NCBI RefSeq assembly: GCF_046105845.1
Contig: NZ_CP151004.1
DNA: 64,000 bases
DNA from: Escherichia coli
GTDB lineage: Bacteria > Pseudomonadota > Gammaproteobacteria > Enterobacterales > Enterobacteriaceae
Direction: 5' to 3' (one strand)
In this document: positions 9,374 through 18,764 of the stretch, piece by piece
Layout of the letters: each line of letters opens with the position of its first letter
Numbering within the stretch: the stretch's first letter is position 1
Translations under genes and position numbers: made by a program
Notes under the pieces: generated by a model
What the model saw: only the letters and a program-made list of their open reading frames with translations
The model's database searches: none
Told to the model about the DNA's origin: nothing

Positions 9374-9569
9374 AGTCCTCCCGCGTGATCTGCCCGTCGC
9401 GCAGAAGCTGGTAGGCTTTGTGTTTGTAGTACCAGTTGATAGCCAGCATCAGCACACCAATCATCAGGCCGCCCAGCGTTGAGGCATCCTTGATGGACAA
9501 ATCGCCCAGCCAGGCCAGCACAACGGCGATGCAGTACGTGATAAAGGCGCTGATTCGCTCAAGCGTCAT
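9354..9569 (-). CDS. Holin
   Basis: 71-aa protein with two hydrophobic helices and a charged C-terminus, directly upstream of the endolysin. Confidence 0.7.
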   Translation of the reverse strand: MTLERISAFITYCIAVVLAWLGDLSIKDASTLGGLMIGVLMLAINWYYKHKAYQLLRDGQITREDYESINR

Positions 9570-9572
9570 AAT

Positions 9573-9776
9573 TCAGTCCCATAGCTGGACGGTCTGCACG
9601 GTGGTGGTAGTCGGAATGTCCGGCAGCTCCACCTGCAGCCCGTGAGGTAAAAAGGGGCCGTATTCGGCAAGCCCCGGATTTGCCTTCAGTACCTGCTCCG
9701 TGACACCCTGCGTGCGCCCGTAATGACGCCAGCAAAGCGCGTCCACCGTGTCATACTGATGCGCACGCACTTTCAT
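9573..9776 (-). CDS. X: Tail protein (P2 gpX-like)
   Basis: 67-aa ORF MKVRAHQYDTVDALCWRHYGRTQGVTEQVLKANPGL..., LysM-like, conserved between L and lysis genes. Confidence 0.8.
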   Translation of the reverse strand: MKVRAHQYDTVDALCWRHYGRTQGVTEQVLKANPGLAEYGPFLPHGLQVELPDIPTTTTVQTVQLWD

Positions 9777-10303
9777 CAGATAAGCTCCACTGTGCAGTGC
9801 GGCGCGTCCTGTACCCGGCTGATGGCCCAGCGGGCGTCACGCCATAAATTACCGCTGGCTTCTGCCAGTTCTTCGCCCCGCTTCACACCGGATGCCGTGG
9901 CGTCATAGTCCTGGTAACGTTCGTTGAGCATGGCGCGTGCCCAGCAGTAAACCGCGTTGAAATAGTGCTGAATGCGCTCGCTTTTGCCGTCCAGATGTTC
10001 TGCCGGAACCTCTGCCAGCGAGGCATACCCCAGCATCTGCTGGCGTCTGCGAAACTCATACAGCTCTGCGTTGACCTCCGAAATTGCCGACAGCGCAACC
10101 TGCTTTAAACGCGGCTGCGTCACCGTGCCATCAGTGCGCATCACGCTGCGAAACTCCGACAGGTCCACATCAGGCCAGAACGGCGTATTTCTGATGATTT
10201 CCGCCTGTTCCGGTGCCTGTTCTGGCGCAACAAACTTCATGCTGCTTTCTCCTGAAATAAAGGGCGGTGGACGGGGTTTTGATGTGGCAGTGCCTTTCGC
10301 CAC
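9776..10303 (-). CDS. L: Head completion / stabilisation protein (P2 gpL-like)
   Basis: ORF in conserved M-L-X order; true start may be the internal Met at 10240. Confidence 0.75.
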   Translation of the reverse strand: MAKGTATSKPRPPPFISGESSMKFVAPEQAPEQAEIIRNTPFWPDVDLSEFRSVMRTDGTVTQPRLKQVALSAISEVNAELYEFRRRQQMLGYASLAEVPAEHLDGKSERIQHYFNAVYCWARAMLNERYQDYDATASGVKRGEELAEASGNLWRDARWAISRVQDAPHCTVELI

Positions 10304-10335
10304 CCCGTGCCGCCCGTGCGCGGGGGCACGTTCTG

Positions 10336-10986
10336 TCAGCGGCTGTCATTGCGCAGTCTGCGCTCCAGCTGCTGTTTGTCTTTTTTCACGCCACAGCGGG
10401 GATCGAGCTGTAACGCATGGTTGAGATGATTAAGGGCGGAAGCCGGATTGCTTTCACTCAGAACAGCGCCAATCGCTTTATGCAGACGCGCCCGTGACTG
10501 GTCCGGCATATCCAGACCGTCTGTCAGCTCCAGCGTCTGCAGCAACAGATCGGCATCAAAGCCGGTGGCGGCAAGCATTGCGCTCTGCGCTGCATCTGCC
10601 ATTTCCTCTGCCAGCACGGTCTGCACATTGCGGTTACCCAGCGGCATCACCCAGCCATGACGCAGGGCATGACGCCCGATCTCCAGCGCCCCGGCATAAT
10701 CTCCGGCATCAATACGCCACAGCATCACGTACATCAGCACGTCATCCTGTTGAGCGCCTCCGGCAGCCAGAACACCCTCCGCCCAGGCGGCGTACTTCGG
10801 CAGCAGCTCCACTTTGATTTCCGCTTTTTTGACCGTGGACTGAACGCCCTTGAGACGGCGTCGGTCTTCCGCCAGTTGCAGCAGCATCAGGTCATAGCCC
10901 GACGCGTGGCGAACGCTGCCGCCCTCGCGGGCGGCCTGTTCAGCCTGAACGCGCAGGCGATGCTGCCGTGCGGGACTCAGGCTCAT
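10336..10986 (-). CDS. M: Terminase small (endonuclease) subunit (P2 gpM-like)
   Basis: 216-aa ORF with ...DDVLMYVMLWRIDAGDYAGALEIGRHAL... motif. Confidence 0.85.
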   Translation of the reverse strand: MSLSPARQHRLRVQAEQAAREGGSVRHASGYDLMLLQLAEDRRRLKGVQSTVKKAEIKVELLPKYAAWAEGVLAAGGAQQDDVLMYVMLWRIDAGDYAGALEIGRHALRHGWVMPLGNRNVQTVLAEEMADAAQSAMLAATGFDADLLLQTLELTDGLDMPDQSRARLHKAIGAVLSESNPASALNHLNHALQLDPRCGVKKDKQQLERRLRNDSR

Positions 10987-10989
10987 GGT

Positions 10990-12045
10990 TTATGCTCCGG
11001 CTTCTACGGCGACGCTGAAGTCGCCAATCTGGATGTTTTCCACCAGTGCTGCGCAGCGGTAGTCCTCAACCACATAGGCTTCGTTAACGGATTCAAAGTT
11101 TTCAATCCGGTCACGTTTCGGGTTGTCGATAACTGAACGGCGGCGGGTGTCTTCCTGCCAGTAGATGGACAGGTTATCCAGACGGGTGATCAGCAGCGCA
11201 TTCGGCGGGAAGAACGGCGCACGCACGGCCTGCAGGCCACCCATGCGTTTCTGGCTGATGATCATATCGGCAGCCAGTTTTTCACTGTTTTCCTGCTCTT
11301 TGTTGACCAGCGGGAAATACTTGTCAGACAACAGTTCACGACCGCAAATCACCACCAGATCGTCATCGTCCTGGTAGACCACGTCGATAAGCTCATTGAC
11401 GGCATCCATCACCACAGCGTCCAGGTTGGCATATTCGCCACCTTTCCCGACTTTCACCGCACCCGGTGTGGTTTCACCGCCCGTGGTGGTGCTGCCCATG
11501 ACGTGATCCGGTGCATCCTCACGGATTTTCTGCAGCCAGCCTTTATTCACATCCTGCAGCAGTGGGTTTTCGCTACGGTTTGAGGTTTTCGCACGCTTCA
11601 CGCCGTTAAAGCCGATCATGATGCGGTCCAGTGCCTGACGTTTCACGATCGCGTCACGAATACGCACCTGGAAATCCTGAAACTTCGCCCACAGGTCCAG
11701 CTTCGCGTAGGTCAGCACCGTGTCAAAGTTGGTCTGCTCGCATTTGTATTCCACATCGACCATCAGCGTCGGATCGACAGGCTCACGCTCTTTTGCGGTG
11801 GTATCAGTGGTTCCGGCAATGGTGCTGCCAACACCCAGCCCCAGCAGCTGACCAGACTGCTCGGTCACTGGCGTGACGTTAATCAGCGTAAGGAAAGCGG
11901 CGGATTGCTGGATCTGGTCTTCCAGCGTCTGCTGCACAGACGGCTCCACGGTGAACTTGCTGGACAGTTCTTCAACTGCCACACCGTTCAGACGCGCCAG
12001 CTGCTGCAGGTAAGCGTTAAAAGCAAAGCGGGTTTTCTTCTTCAT
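10990..12045 (-). CDS. N: Major capsid protein (P2 gpN-like)
   Basis: 351-aa ORF MKKKTRFAFNAYLQQLARLNGV...KFTVEPSVQQTL... closely resembles P2 N. Confidence 0.9.
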   Translation of the reverse strand: MKKKTRFAFNAYLQQLARLNGVAVEELSSKFTVEPSVQQTLEDQIQQSAAFLTLINVTPVTEQSGQLLGLGVGSTIAGTTDTTAKEREPVDPTLMVDVEYKCEQTNFDTVLTYAKLDLWAKFQDFQVRIRDAIVKRQALDRIMIGFNGVKRAKTSNRSENPLLQDVNKGWLQKIREDAPDHVMGSTTTGGETTPGAVKVGKGGEYANLDAVVMDAVNELIDVVYQDDDDLVVICGRELLSDKYFPLVNKEQENSEKLAADMIISQKRMGGLQAVRAPFFPPNALLITRLDNLSIYWQEDTRRRSVIDNPKRDRIENFESVNEAYVVEDYRCAALVENIQIGDFSVAVEAGA

Positions 12046-12061
12046 CGGGTTTTGTGCTCCA

Positions 12062-12895
12062 TCAGCAATTGGTCAGAGTGTCAGCGGGGGCGTTACCGCC
12101 TGTTGCACGCTGGCGGTAGTCCTGGCGGCTGTCTTCATGACTCAGCTTGTCCACCAGTTCGTTAAAGGCGGTTTGCTGTGCCTGCAGGGCAGTCTCCAGC
12201 TCAGACAGGCGTTCTTCCTGCTCAGACAGGGATTTTTCGGTGCGTGCGCTCAGGTTCTGCTGCTCAGTGGCGACCAGCTCCACGGCCTTATGCACATCAG
12301 AGAACCGGGCGTCATCGGACTGCTCTTTTTTGGTAAACAGCGCCGTGACACGGGCAAACAGGGACGGTTTGTCGTCCTGGATTTCTTCCAGTTCGATCAC
12401 CGTTTCCTCTGCAGCGGTAAAGAGATTGGCAGGATTCTGCTTGCGGTTTGCCAGTGGGTTATGGGCTGCACTGGCGCTGAATGTCAGCATTTCCGTACCC
12501 AGACTGGCAGGGTCATCAGTGGCAGCCAGGCCGACCAGGTAGGCTTTGCCCGTATCAGCGAACTTCGGGCTGACTTCCATAGAGGTGAATAATTTCTGGC
12601 CTTTTTTCACCAGTTCCACCAGGGACTCCGTTGGCTCAACGTCAGCATACAGCGCCATCTTGCCTGCCAGCGGACCTTCCGTGATTTCTTCAGCAAACAG
12701 CGCCGTCACCTTGCCGTAGCGGTTAAAGGTGCTGTCCGGCAGATAAGACTTGATGTGCTCAAGGTTAATCAGCGCGGTATACACCGCCGGGTTATAGCTG
12801 GCTGCCATCTGTTCCAGCCATTCACGCTGGATTTCGCGTCCGTCGGTGGTGGCACCTTCCACCCCGATGCGAAAACGCTTTGCTTTCACTGTCAT
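12062..12895 (-). CDS. O: Capsid scaffold protein (P2 gpO-like)
   Basis: 277-aa ORF upstream of N, divergent from P-Q. Confidence 0.85.
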   Translation of the reverse strand: MTVKAKRFRIGVEGATTDGREIQREWLEQMAASYNPAVYTALINLEHIKSYLPDSTFNRYGKVTALFAEEITEGPLAGKMALYADVEPTESLVELVKKGQKLFTSMEVSPKFADTGKAYLVGLAATDDPASLGTEMLTFSASAAHNPLANRKQNPANLFTAAEETVIELEEIQDDKPSLFARVTALFTKKEQSDDARFSDVHKAVELVATEQQNLSARTEKSLSEQEERLSELETALQAQQTAFNELVDKLSHEDSRQDYRQRATGGNAPADTLTNC

Positions 12896-13037
12896 GAGCC
12901 GTGCTCCGTTAGAAAAAACTTACTGGAGCCTTATGGTTGCGGTGATAGGGGCAGTGAAACAATGCGCGGTATTTGTACCGACAACCACACAAACCGCAGG
13001 CGGGGAAAGCCTTCATTCAAGGCTGTAGGTTTGTGCC

Positions 13038-14804
13038 ATGAACACCACACTAACACCCGCAGATCTCGATCCCCGTCGGCAGGCCATGCTGCTGTACTTT
13101 CAGGGATACCGCGTAGCCCGCATTGCTGAAATGCTGGGCGAGAAAGTTGCAACCGTTCACAGCTGGAAAAAACGCGACAAGTGGAGTGACTATGGGCCGC
13201 TGGATCAGATGCAGCTCACCACCGCCGCACGCTACTGCCAGCTCATTATGAAGGAGCACAAAGAAGGGAAAGATTTCAAAGAGATTGACCTGCTGGCGCG
13301 CCAGTCGGAGCGCCATGCGCGGATCGGCAAGTTTAACAATGGCGGCAACGAAGCCGACTTAAACCCTAACGTTGCCAACCGCAACAAAGGCCCGCGCCGT
13401 CAGCCGGAAAAGAACGTTTTCACCGATGAACAGATTGAGAAGCTGGAAGAAATCTTCCATTCCTCCATGTTCAACTACCAGCGCCACTGGTGGGAAGCCG
13501 GAAAAACCAACCGCATCCGCAACCTGCTGAAGTCACGCCAGATCGGCGCGACCTTCTATTTTGCCCGTGAAGCCCTGATTGACGCCCTGCTAACCGGGCG
13601 TAACCAGATTTTCCTTTCCGCCAGCAAGGCACAGGCCCACGTCTTTAAGCAGTACATCATCGACTTCGCCAAAGAAGTGGAGGTGGAGCTGAAAGGCGAT
13701 CCGATGGTGCTTCCTAACGGGGCCACGCTGTACTTCCTCGGCACCAATGCCCGCACGGCCCAGAGTTACCACGGCAACCTGTATCTGGATGAATATTTCT
13801 GGATACCGAAATTCCAGGAGCTGCGCAAAGTGGCTTCCGGTATGGCTATTCACAAGAAATGGCGACAGACCTATTTTTCCACGCCATCCAGTCTGACACA
13901 CAGTGCTTATCCGTTCTGGTCCGGTGCGCTGTTCAACCGTGGGCGCAACAGAGCCGATAAGGTGGACATCGACCTGTCCCACAGCAATCTGGCCCCCGGC
14001 CTGCTGTGCGCAGACGGGCAATACCGCCAGATAGTCACCGTGGAAGATGCGGTGCGCGGCGGCTGTAACCTGTTCGACCTTGACCAGTTGCGCATGGAGT
14101 ACAGCCCTGACGAATACCAGAACTTGCTGATGTGCGAGTTCGTGGACGATCTCGCGTCCGTGTTCCCGCTCAGCGAATTGCAGGCGTGCATGGTGGACAG
14201 CTGGGAAGTCTGGACCGACTTTCATGCACTGGCCCTGCGCCCGTTTGGCTGGCGCGAAGTGTGGATCGGTTATGACCCGGCAAAAGGTACGCAGAACGGC
14301 GACAGCGCCGGATGCGTGGTGGTGGCACCGCCAGCCGTGCCAGGCGGTAAGTTCCGCATTCTTGAGCGTCACCAGTGGCGCGGAATGGACTTTCGCGCCC
14401 AGGCTGACGCCATCAAAAAACTGACCGAACAGTACAACGTGACCTATATCGGCATCGACTCAACCGGCGTTGGTCACGGGGTTTACGAGAACGTGAAAGC
14501 GTTTTTTCCTGCCGTCCGGGAGTTTGTCTACAACCCCAACGTTAAAAACGCCCTGGTACTCAAGGCCTACGACATTATCAGCCACCGCCGTCTTGAGTTT
14601 GACGCCGGGCACACCGACATTGCGCAGTCATTCATGGCAATCCGTCGCGCCACCACCGCCAGCGGCAACCGCCCGACCTATGAAGCCAGCCGCAGCGAAG
14701 AAGCCAGCCATGCCGATCTGGCCTGGGCAACAATGCACGCACTGTTTAACGAACCACTGCAGGGCGAGTCCGCCAATACCAGCAATATTGTGGAGATTTT
14801 TTGA
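13038..14804 (+). CDS. P: Terminase large (ATPase) subunit (P2 gpP-like)
   Basis: 588-aa ORF MNTTLTPADLDPRRQAMLLYFQGYRVARIAEMLGEK... Confidence 0.9.
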   Translation: MNTTLTPADLDPRRQAMLLYFQGYRVARIAEMLGEKVATVHSWKKRDKWSDYGPLDQMQLTTAARYCQLIMKEHKEGKDFKEIDLLARQSERHARIGKFNNGGNEADLNPNVANRNKGPRRQPEKNVFTDEQIEKLEEIFHSSMFNYQRHWWEAGKTNRIRNLLKSRQIGATFYFAREALIDALLTGRNQIFLSASKAQAHVFKQYIIDFAKEVEVELKGDPMVLPNGATLYFLGTNARTAQSYHGNLYLDEYFWIPKFQELRKVASGMAIHKKWRQTYFSTPSSLTHSAYPFWSGALFNRGRNRADKVDIDLSHSNLAPGLLCADGQYRQIVTVEDAVRGGCNLFDLDQLRMEYSPDEYQNLLMCEFVDDLASVFPLSELQACMVDSWEVWTDFHALALRPFGWREVWIGYDPAKGTQNGDSAGCVVVAPPAVPGGKFRILERHQWRGMDFRAQADAIKKLTEQYNVTYIGIDSTGVGHGVYENVKAFFPAVREFVYNPNVKNALVLKAYDIISHRRLEFDAGHTDIAQSFMAIRRATTASGNRPTYEASRSEEASHADLAWATMHALFNEPLQGESANTSNIVEIF

Positions 14805-15832
14805 TGGGAAAGAGTAAGAAGAACCGCGCTGCGGCGACGAAACAGATCCAGCATAAAAACCAGACTTCAGCCGAAGCATTCAGCTTCGGTGATCCCGTTC
14901 CTGTTCTGGACCGCCGCGAACTGCTGGACTATGTGGAATGCGTACAGATGGACCGTTGGTATGAGCCACCAGTGAGTTTCGACGGCCTGGCGCGAACCTT
15001 CCGCGCCGCCGTACACCACAGCTCACCGATTGCAGTAAAGTGCAACATTCTGACCAGCACCTATATCCCTCACCCGTTGCTCAGCCAGCAGGCTTTTTCA
15101 CGTTTTGTGCAGGACTATCTGGTATTTGGTAATGCCTACCTGGAGAAACGCACGAACCGCTTCGGTGAAGTTATCGCCCTTGAACCTGCCCTGGCAAAAT
15201 ACACTCGACGCGGATTAGACCTGGATACCTACTGGTTTGTGCAATACGGTATGGCAACCCAGCCGTATCAGTTCACGAAAGGCAGCATCTTTCATCTGAT
15301 GGAACCGGATATTAATCAGGAGATCTACGGCCTGCCTGGCTATCTTTCTGCTATTCCATCCGCTCTGCTCAACGAGTCCGCCACGCTGTTCCGCCGGAAG
15401 TATTACATTAACGGCAGTCATGCAGGCTTCATCATGTACATGACCGATGCCGCGCAAAACCAGGAAGATGTGAACAACCTCCGCAACGCGATGAAAAGCG
15501 CCAAAGGTCCGGGCAATTTCCGCAACCTGTTTATGTACTCGCCTAACGGCAAAAAAGATGGCATTCAGATTATCCCGTTATCGGAAGTCGCGGCGAAGGA
15601 TGAGTTTTTGAATATCAAGAACGTGAGCCGGGACGACATGATGGCAGCACACCGTGTGCCGCCACAAATGATGGGGATTATGCCTAATAATGTTGGGGGA
15701 TTTGGGGATGTGGAGAAGGCGAGCTTGGTCTTTGTTCGTAATGAACTGATTCCTTTACAAAAAAGACTGATGGAAGTAAATGTCTGGCTCAATGAAGAAG
15801 TGATTGTATTCAATAGATACATTTTAGAGTAA
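14804..15832 (+). CDS. Q: Portal protein (P2 gpQ-like)
   Basis: 343-aa ORF; ATG at 14804 overlaps the P stop (TGATG); ORF track start 14801 is a TTG. Confidence 0.9.
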   Translation: MGKSKKNRAAATKQIQHKNQTSAEAFSFGDPVPVLDRRELLDYVECVQMDRWYEPPVSFDGLARTFRAAVHHSSPIAVKCNILTSTYIPHPLLSQQAFSRFVQDYLVFGNAYLEKRTNRFGEVIALEPALAKYTRRGLDLDTYWFVQYGMATQPYQFTKGSIFHLMEPDINQEIYGLPGYLSAIPSALLNESATLFRRKYYINGSHAGFIMYMTDAAQNQEDVNNLRNAMKSAKGPGNFRNLFMYSPNGKKDGIQIIPLSEVAAKDEFLNIKNVSRDDMMAAHRVPPQMMGIMPNNVGGFGDVEKASLVFVRNELIPLQKRLMEVNVWLNEEVIVFNRYILE

Positions 15833-15860
15833 AAAAATGGGCACCATGAGGTGCCCAAGT
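15831..15860. terminator. Hairpin terminator between the convergent portal and NTPase genes
   Basis: GGGCACC-atga-GGTGCCC stem-loop (15839-15856) flanked by an A7 run, which reads as a U-run for the minus-strand transcript. Confidence 0.5.
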
Positions 15861-15862
15861 TG

Positions 15863-17287
15863 TTACTTACGTGTTTCAACTATATTCAGCCCCTTATAAA
15901 GGCTTTGATGGATATATACAGAACCAGTATTTGGCAACATTAAATCAGCATCTTCACATCGGAATCTAGCCGTACCGGAATTGCCCAACCGGACACCAAT
16001 CACAGAAGCATTAAATAGAGTTTTCATCAATTCACGAGAAGTATAGCGCTTACAAAGGTCAGGCGCTTTCTCTTCAATCTTACTGATGAATTCTTCTGTA
16101 GAATTATATCTATGCTGCGTCTGACGTAAAGATTCCAATAGCTCACCAAAATGAGGGTAGAGCCTTTTGTATTCTTGTTTTAAGTCCTCAACTTTCCAAG
16201 CGCTGTACCGTTCTTCAGCTATTCTAATTATATCCTTTTTTATTTCAGAAGCATTAGCATCACAGCGTTTTTGGCATTCTTGCAAAAACTGAATAACTTC
16301 TCTTGGGCGCAAAAATGTGCGCTTCACCAAATAGTTAAACGGTGAAATACTCCCTCTCATTTCACCTTCCTCAAAAATATCATCTATAGTTATATTTTCC
16401 GGCAATCTGGCGTTCACCATATCTTTCAACAACTCTGGTGTCCAGATTATTTCTTCTTCAATTGCTCGGTGTTTATCTTTATCATCAAATTCCAGCCCTT
16501 GATAAATATCAGAGCGTAAAAATGTTACAATATGAATACCTTTGGCTCTAGTATCAGAATAACTATCATTAATATCTTTTGTTGCCTTCAACAAGCCAAT
16601 CAAAAGGCTTTTGGCATCATCCGATCCATCCCAAGAATCATCTAATCGATCAGTGGCAATTAGCACCCCAATATCTGTACAAATTTCTTTAAGCTCGTCA
16701 AGGATGATTTTTATTATTTGAGGTGTCAATGGTGCTTGCGAAGCATCCTTATTAAACCCCACAGCATATCCGAAAGCCTCAAAATTGAATGAACTTAATC
16801 CCGAGAGTAACTTCCTTGCAGTTCCCAAAGTAGTTGGCGATATACCACCATAGTTATCAGAAACAAATTTTTTAATTCTAGCAAGGGCCTCCCGAGGTCT
16901 TTTCTCTGAAAATTGCCTACCTGACCTAATAATTTCTGCCGCAGCCTCAACAGCTATTGCAAATTTCCAAGCATTACAATGTGCCTGTTCGGGTAACAAC
17001 CCTTGCTCTTGATATTGTTTTAATGCTCCCCAAGCATACTGGTCTGGGGTCATGACATTTACGATAACGTCCTGCCCATATTTTGCTCTTACCAACCTTG
17101 GGAGTTGGGTAAAGATGGATGATTTCCCAGCCCCCTTTCTTCCAAGAAAATGGGCACTATAGAAACTCAGAGCTTGCTCAACTTGAGGAGTATTGATGAA
17201 ATAATCAGCCAACCTTCTATCAGCTTCAGCATCGACAGTACCAAAGTTGAGTCCCTTAACTGTAAGGCCTAACGCATCTAACCGCAC
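15863..17287 (-). CDS. P-loop NTPase, divergent KAP-like (candidate anti-phage or accessory gene)
   Basis: 474-aa ORF with GTG start and AAGGA RBS; Walker A FLGRKGAGKSSIF; Walker B-like VLIATDRLDDSW; visibly AT-rich compared with flanking late genes; lies between the cos-like site and Q. Confidence 0.75.
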   Translation of the reverse strand: MRLDALGLTVKGLNFGTVDAEADRRLADYFINTPQVEQALSFYSAHFLGRKGAGKSSIFTQLPRLVRAKYGQDVIVNVMTPDQYAWGALKQYQEQGLLPEQAHCNAWKFAIAVEAAAEIIRSGRQFSEKRPREALARIKKFVSDNYGGISPTTLGTARKLLSGLSSFNFEAFGYAVGFNKDASQAPLTPQIIKIILDELKEICTDIGVLIATDRLDDSWDGSDDAKSLLIGLLKATKDINDSYSDTRAKGIHIVTFLRSDIYQGLEFDDKDKHRAIEEEIIWTPELLKDMVNARLPENITIDDIFEEGEMRGSISPFNYLVKRTFLRPREVIQFLQECQKRCDANASEIKKDIIRIAEERYSAWKVEDLKQEYKRLYPHFGELLESLRQTQHRYNSTEEFISKIEEKAPDLCKRYTSRELMKTLFNASVIGVRLGNSGTARFRCEDADLMLPNTGSVYIHQSLYKGLNIVETRK

Positions 17288-17374
17288 GATAATTCCTTAA
17301 TTGGTAAACTAAATTTGAACTTGATGCCAACAAAGATAATATCAATTTAATTAAAAAGAAAGCTGTTGCGCGCG

Positions 17375-17393
17375 CTCGTATCCCCGCCACGCC
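17375..17393 (-). other. cos-like cohesive-end site (P2/186 type)
   Basis: Minus-strand reading GGCGTGGCGGGGATACGAG; first 13 nt match my recollection of the 186 cos (GGCGTGGCGGGGAAAGCAT); flanked by repeated TTTCATGCA motifs. Confidence 0.5.
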
Positions 17394-17772
17394 TGCCCGC
17401 TTTATGCAGTGGTTTTCATGCACATGCATGACATGAGCAAAAGCCCGCCAGTTCTGGCGGATCTGAGCAAAGACGATCCTCAATCGATCATGCGATTTCA
17501 TGCAGCATAGTCATGCACTGTCAAAGAAGTAAAAATCCGTATCTGAATGGCCACTTGAAAAACGGATCATACGGGTTTACAAAGATGAATGTTCGCTGTG
17601 AACGGGAAGCGGAAGTTAACTTTCAGATAACATAATCCATATGCACGAGAACCTCTAAAATAGAATGGGACACCTAAGCGGGGTACTTACAACGATTCTT
17701 TCCATATTCACAGTTAACACTCTGTTTGGCGTATTTTTATTCAAATAGCAAACACCAATAAAAGGAGTTTCC

Positions 17773-18108
17773 ATGAACAATATTCCCCCTATACCACAGT
17801 TAGGAATTTATGTCTCAAAAATCGATCCCACCCTACGTATCACTGTAACCGATGTTGATATTGTTGATGGTGAGGATGATTCTCCTGATGATGAATTGTT
17901 TTATTTAGTCCACTGGATCGAGGGGGAAGATGAAAGTGATATGACAGCAATGGGATTTGAGCTAGACCCAGTAGAGTGGCAGGCTTTCGTTGAATCTGAG
18001 CAATTAGTGTTTGAGCGTGATCCGTACATGGATTCAATCCCCGAAAATTCAAACTTGGCAAAGATTCGGGATTTTCTCATGAAGACTAAACAGAATGATC
18101 ATTCGTAA
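17773..18108 (+). CDS. Small highly acidic hypothetical protein
   Basis: 111-aa ORF with strong AAGGAG RBS; Asp/Glu-rich (VDIVDGEDDSPDDELF, IEGEDESDM). Confidence 0.6.
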   Translation: MNNIPPIPQLGIYVSKIDPTLRITVTDVDIVDGEDDSPDDELFYLVHWIEGEDESDMTAMGFELDPVEWQAFVESEQLVFERDPYMDSIPENSNLAKIRDFLMKTKQNDHS

Positions 18109-18300
18109 GTGTAAGCATCCATCAGGAAAATGGTTTTGTAAGTGAATCATCAACTTTTAGAGAGTCTCAGACACTCCCACTTCTGCTTCTGACACAAAGC
18201 GGACGATCACTTATCAAAATAACCGCCCACCTTACGCCTTATTTCACTCATTGCCCAAACTAGCCCCCATCAGAATGAATCCTCCTGGGGGCAACATTTC

Positions 18301-18534
18301 TTAATGCAGCCAGCTGTCGTCCTCCCACACCTTCTGCATAATTTTCATCACTTGTTTTCTTTCTTCATCCAGTTGCAGTCCGGTTAGTTCCACACCGTTA
18401 GAGCTACCTTTGCGAATGCGAATTACCGTTTTGGGATACAGGGGGCGCAGATTGCGGTAAAGCTCGGATTCAAGGGCGTCCAGGGTAGACTGGCTAATCT
18501 TCTGCTCTTTATCGATCATTATTTCAATGCGCAT
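18301..18534 (-). CDS. DinI-family protein (186 Tum-like SOS antirepressor, C-terminal module)
   Basis: MRIEIMIDKEQKISQSTLDALESELYRNLRPLYP...KIMQKVWEDDSWLH aligns with the DinI fold; ORF track extends it to 18606 in the same frame. Confidence 0.7.
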   Translation of the reverse strand: MRIEIMIDKEQKISQSTLDALESELYRNLRPLYPKTVIRIRKGSSNGVELTGLQLDEERKQVMKIMQKVWEDDSWLH

Positions 18535-18544
18535 AAAAGTCACC

Positions 18545-18733
18545 TCAGCTGATGACATCCATTGAGCGGTTGTATTCGTGGCTTCTGATTTTTGCCATGA
18601 GTTCATCAGTCAATTCAGAAACCCACTGCAGAGCCAGCCCCTTCTCTTCATCACTACACTCACTAGCCGCTACAAGCTTAAGAAAAAAATCAATGCGCTG
18701 GAGCTTCAAAGACTCCAAAAAATAGTCCTGCAT
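18545..18733 (-). CDS. Small hypothetical protein, first gene of the LexA-boxed operon
   Basis: 62-aa ORF directly downstream of the LexA box, upstream of the DinI-like ORF, in a different frame. Confidence 0.5.
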   Translation of the reverse strand: MQDYFLESLKLQRIDFFLKLVAASECSDEEKGLALQWVSELTDELMAKIRSHEYNRSMDVIS

Positions 18734-18764
18734 CTTTCCTCCTATAACACCAAAACAATACTGT

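Noticed and set aside
13590-14372. 260-aa minus-strand ORF inside the terminase large-subunit gene
   Set aside because: Antisense to a strongly supported P2 gpP-like gene, with no RBS or motif; frame artefact.
15863-17287. Assigning the cos-proximal NTPase to P2 Old or Tin
   Set aside because: Old is an ABC-type ATPase with a TOPRIM domain and Tin is far smaller; neither matches this 474-aa protein, so it is left as an unclassified KAP-like NTPase.
17256-17501. 81-aa minus-strand ORF
   Set aside because: Spans the cos-like site and overlaps the NTPase start region; no RBS; likely non-coding packaging region.
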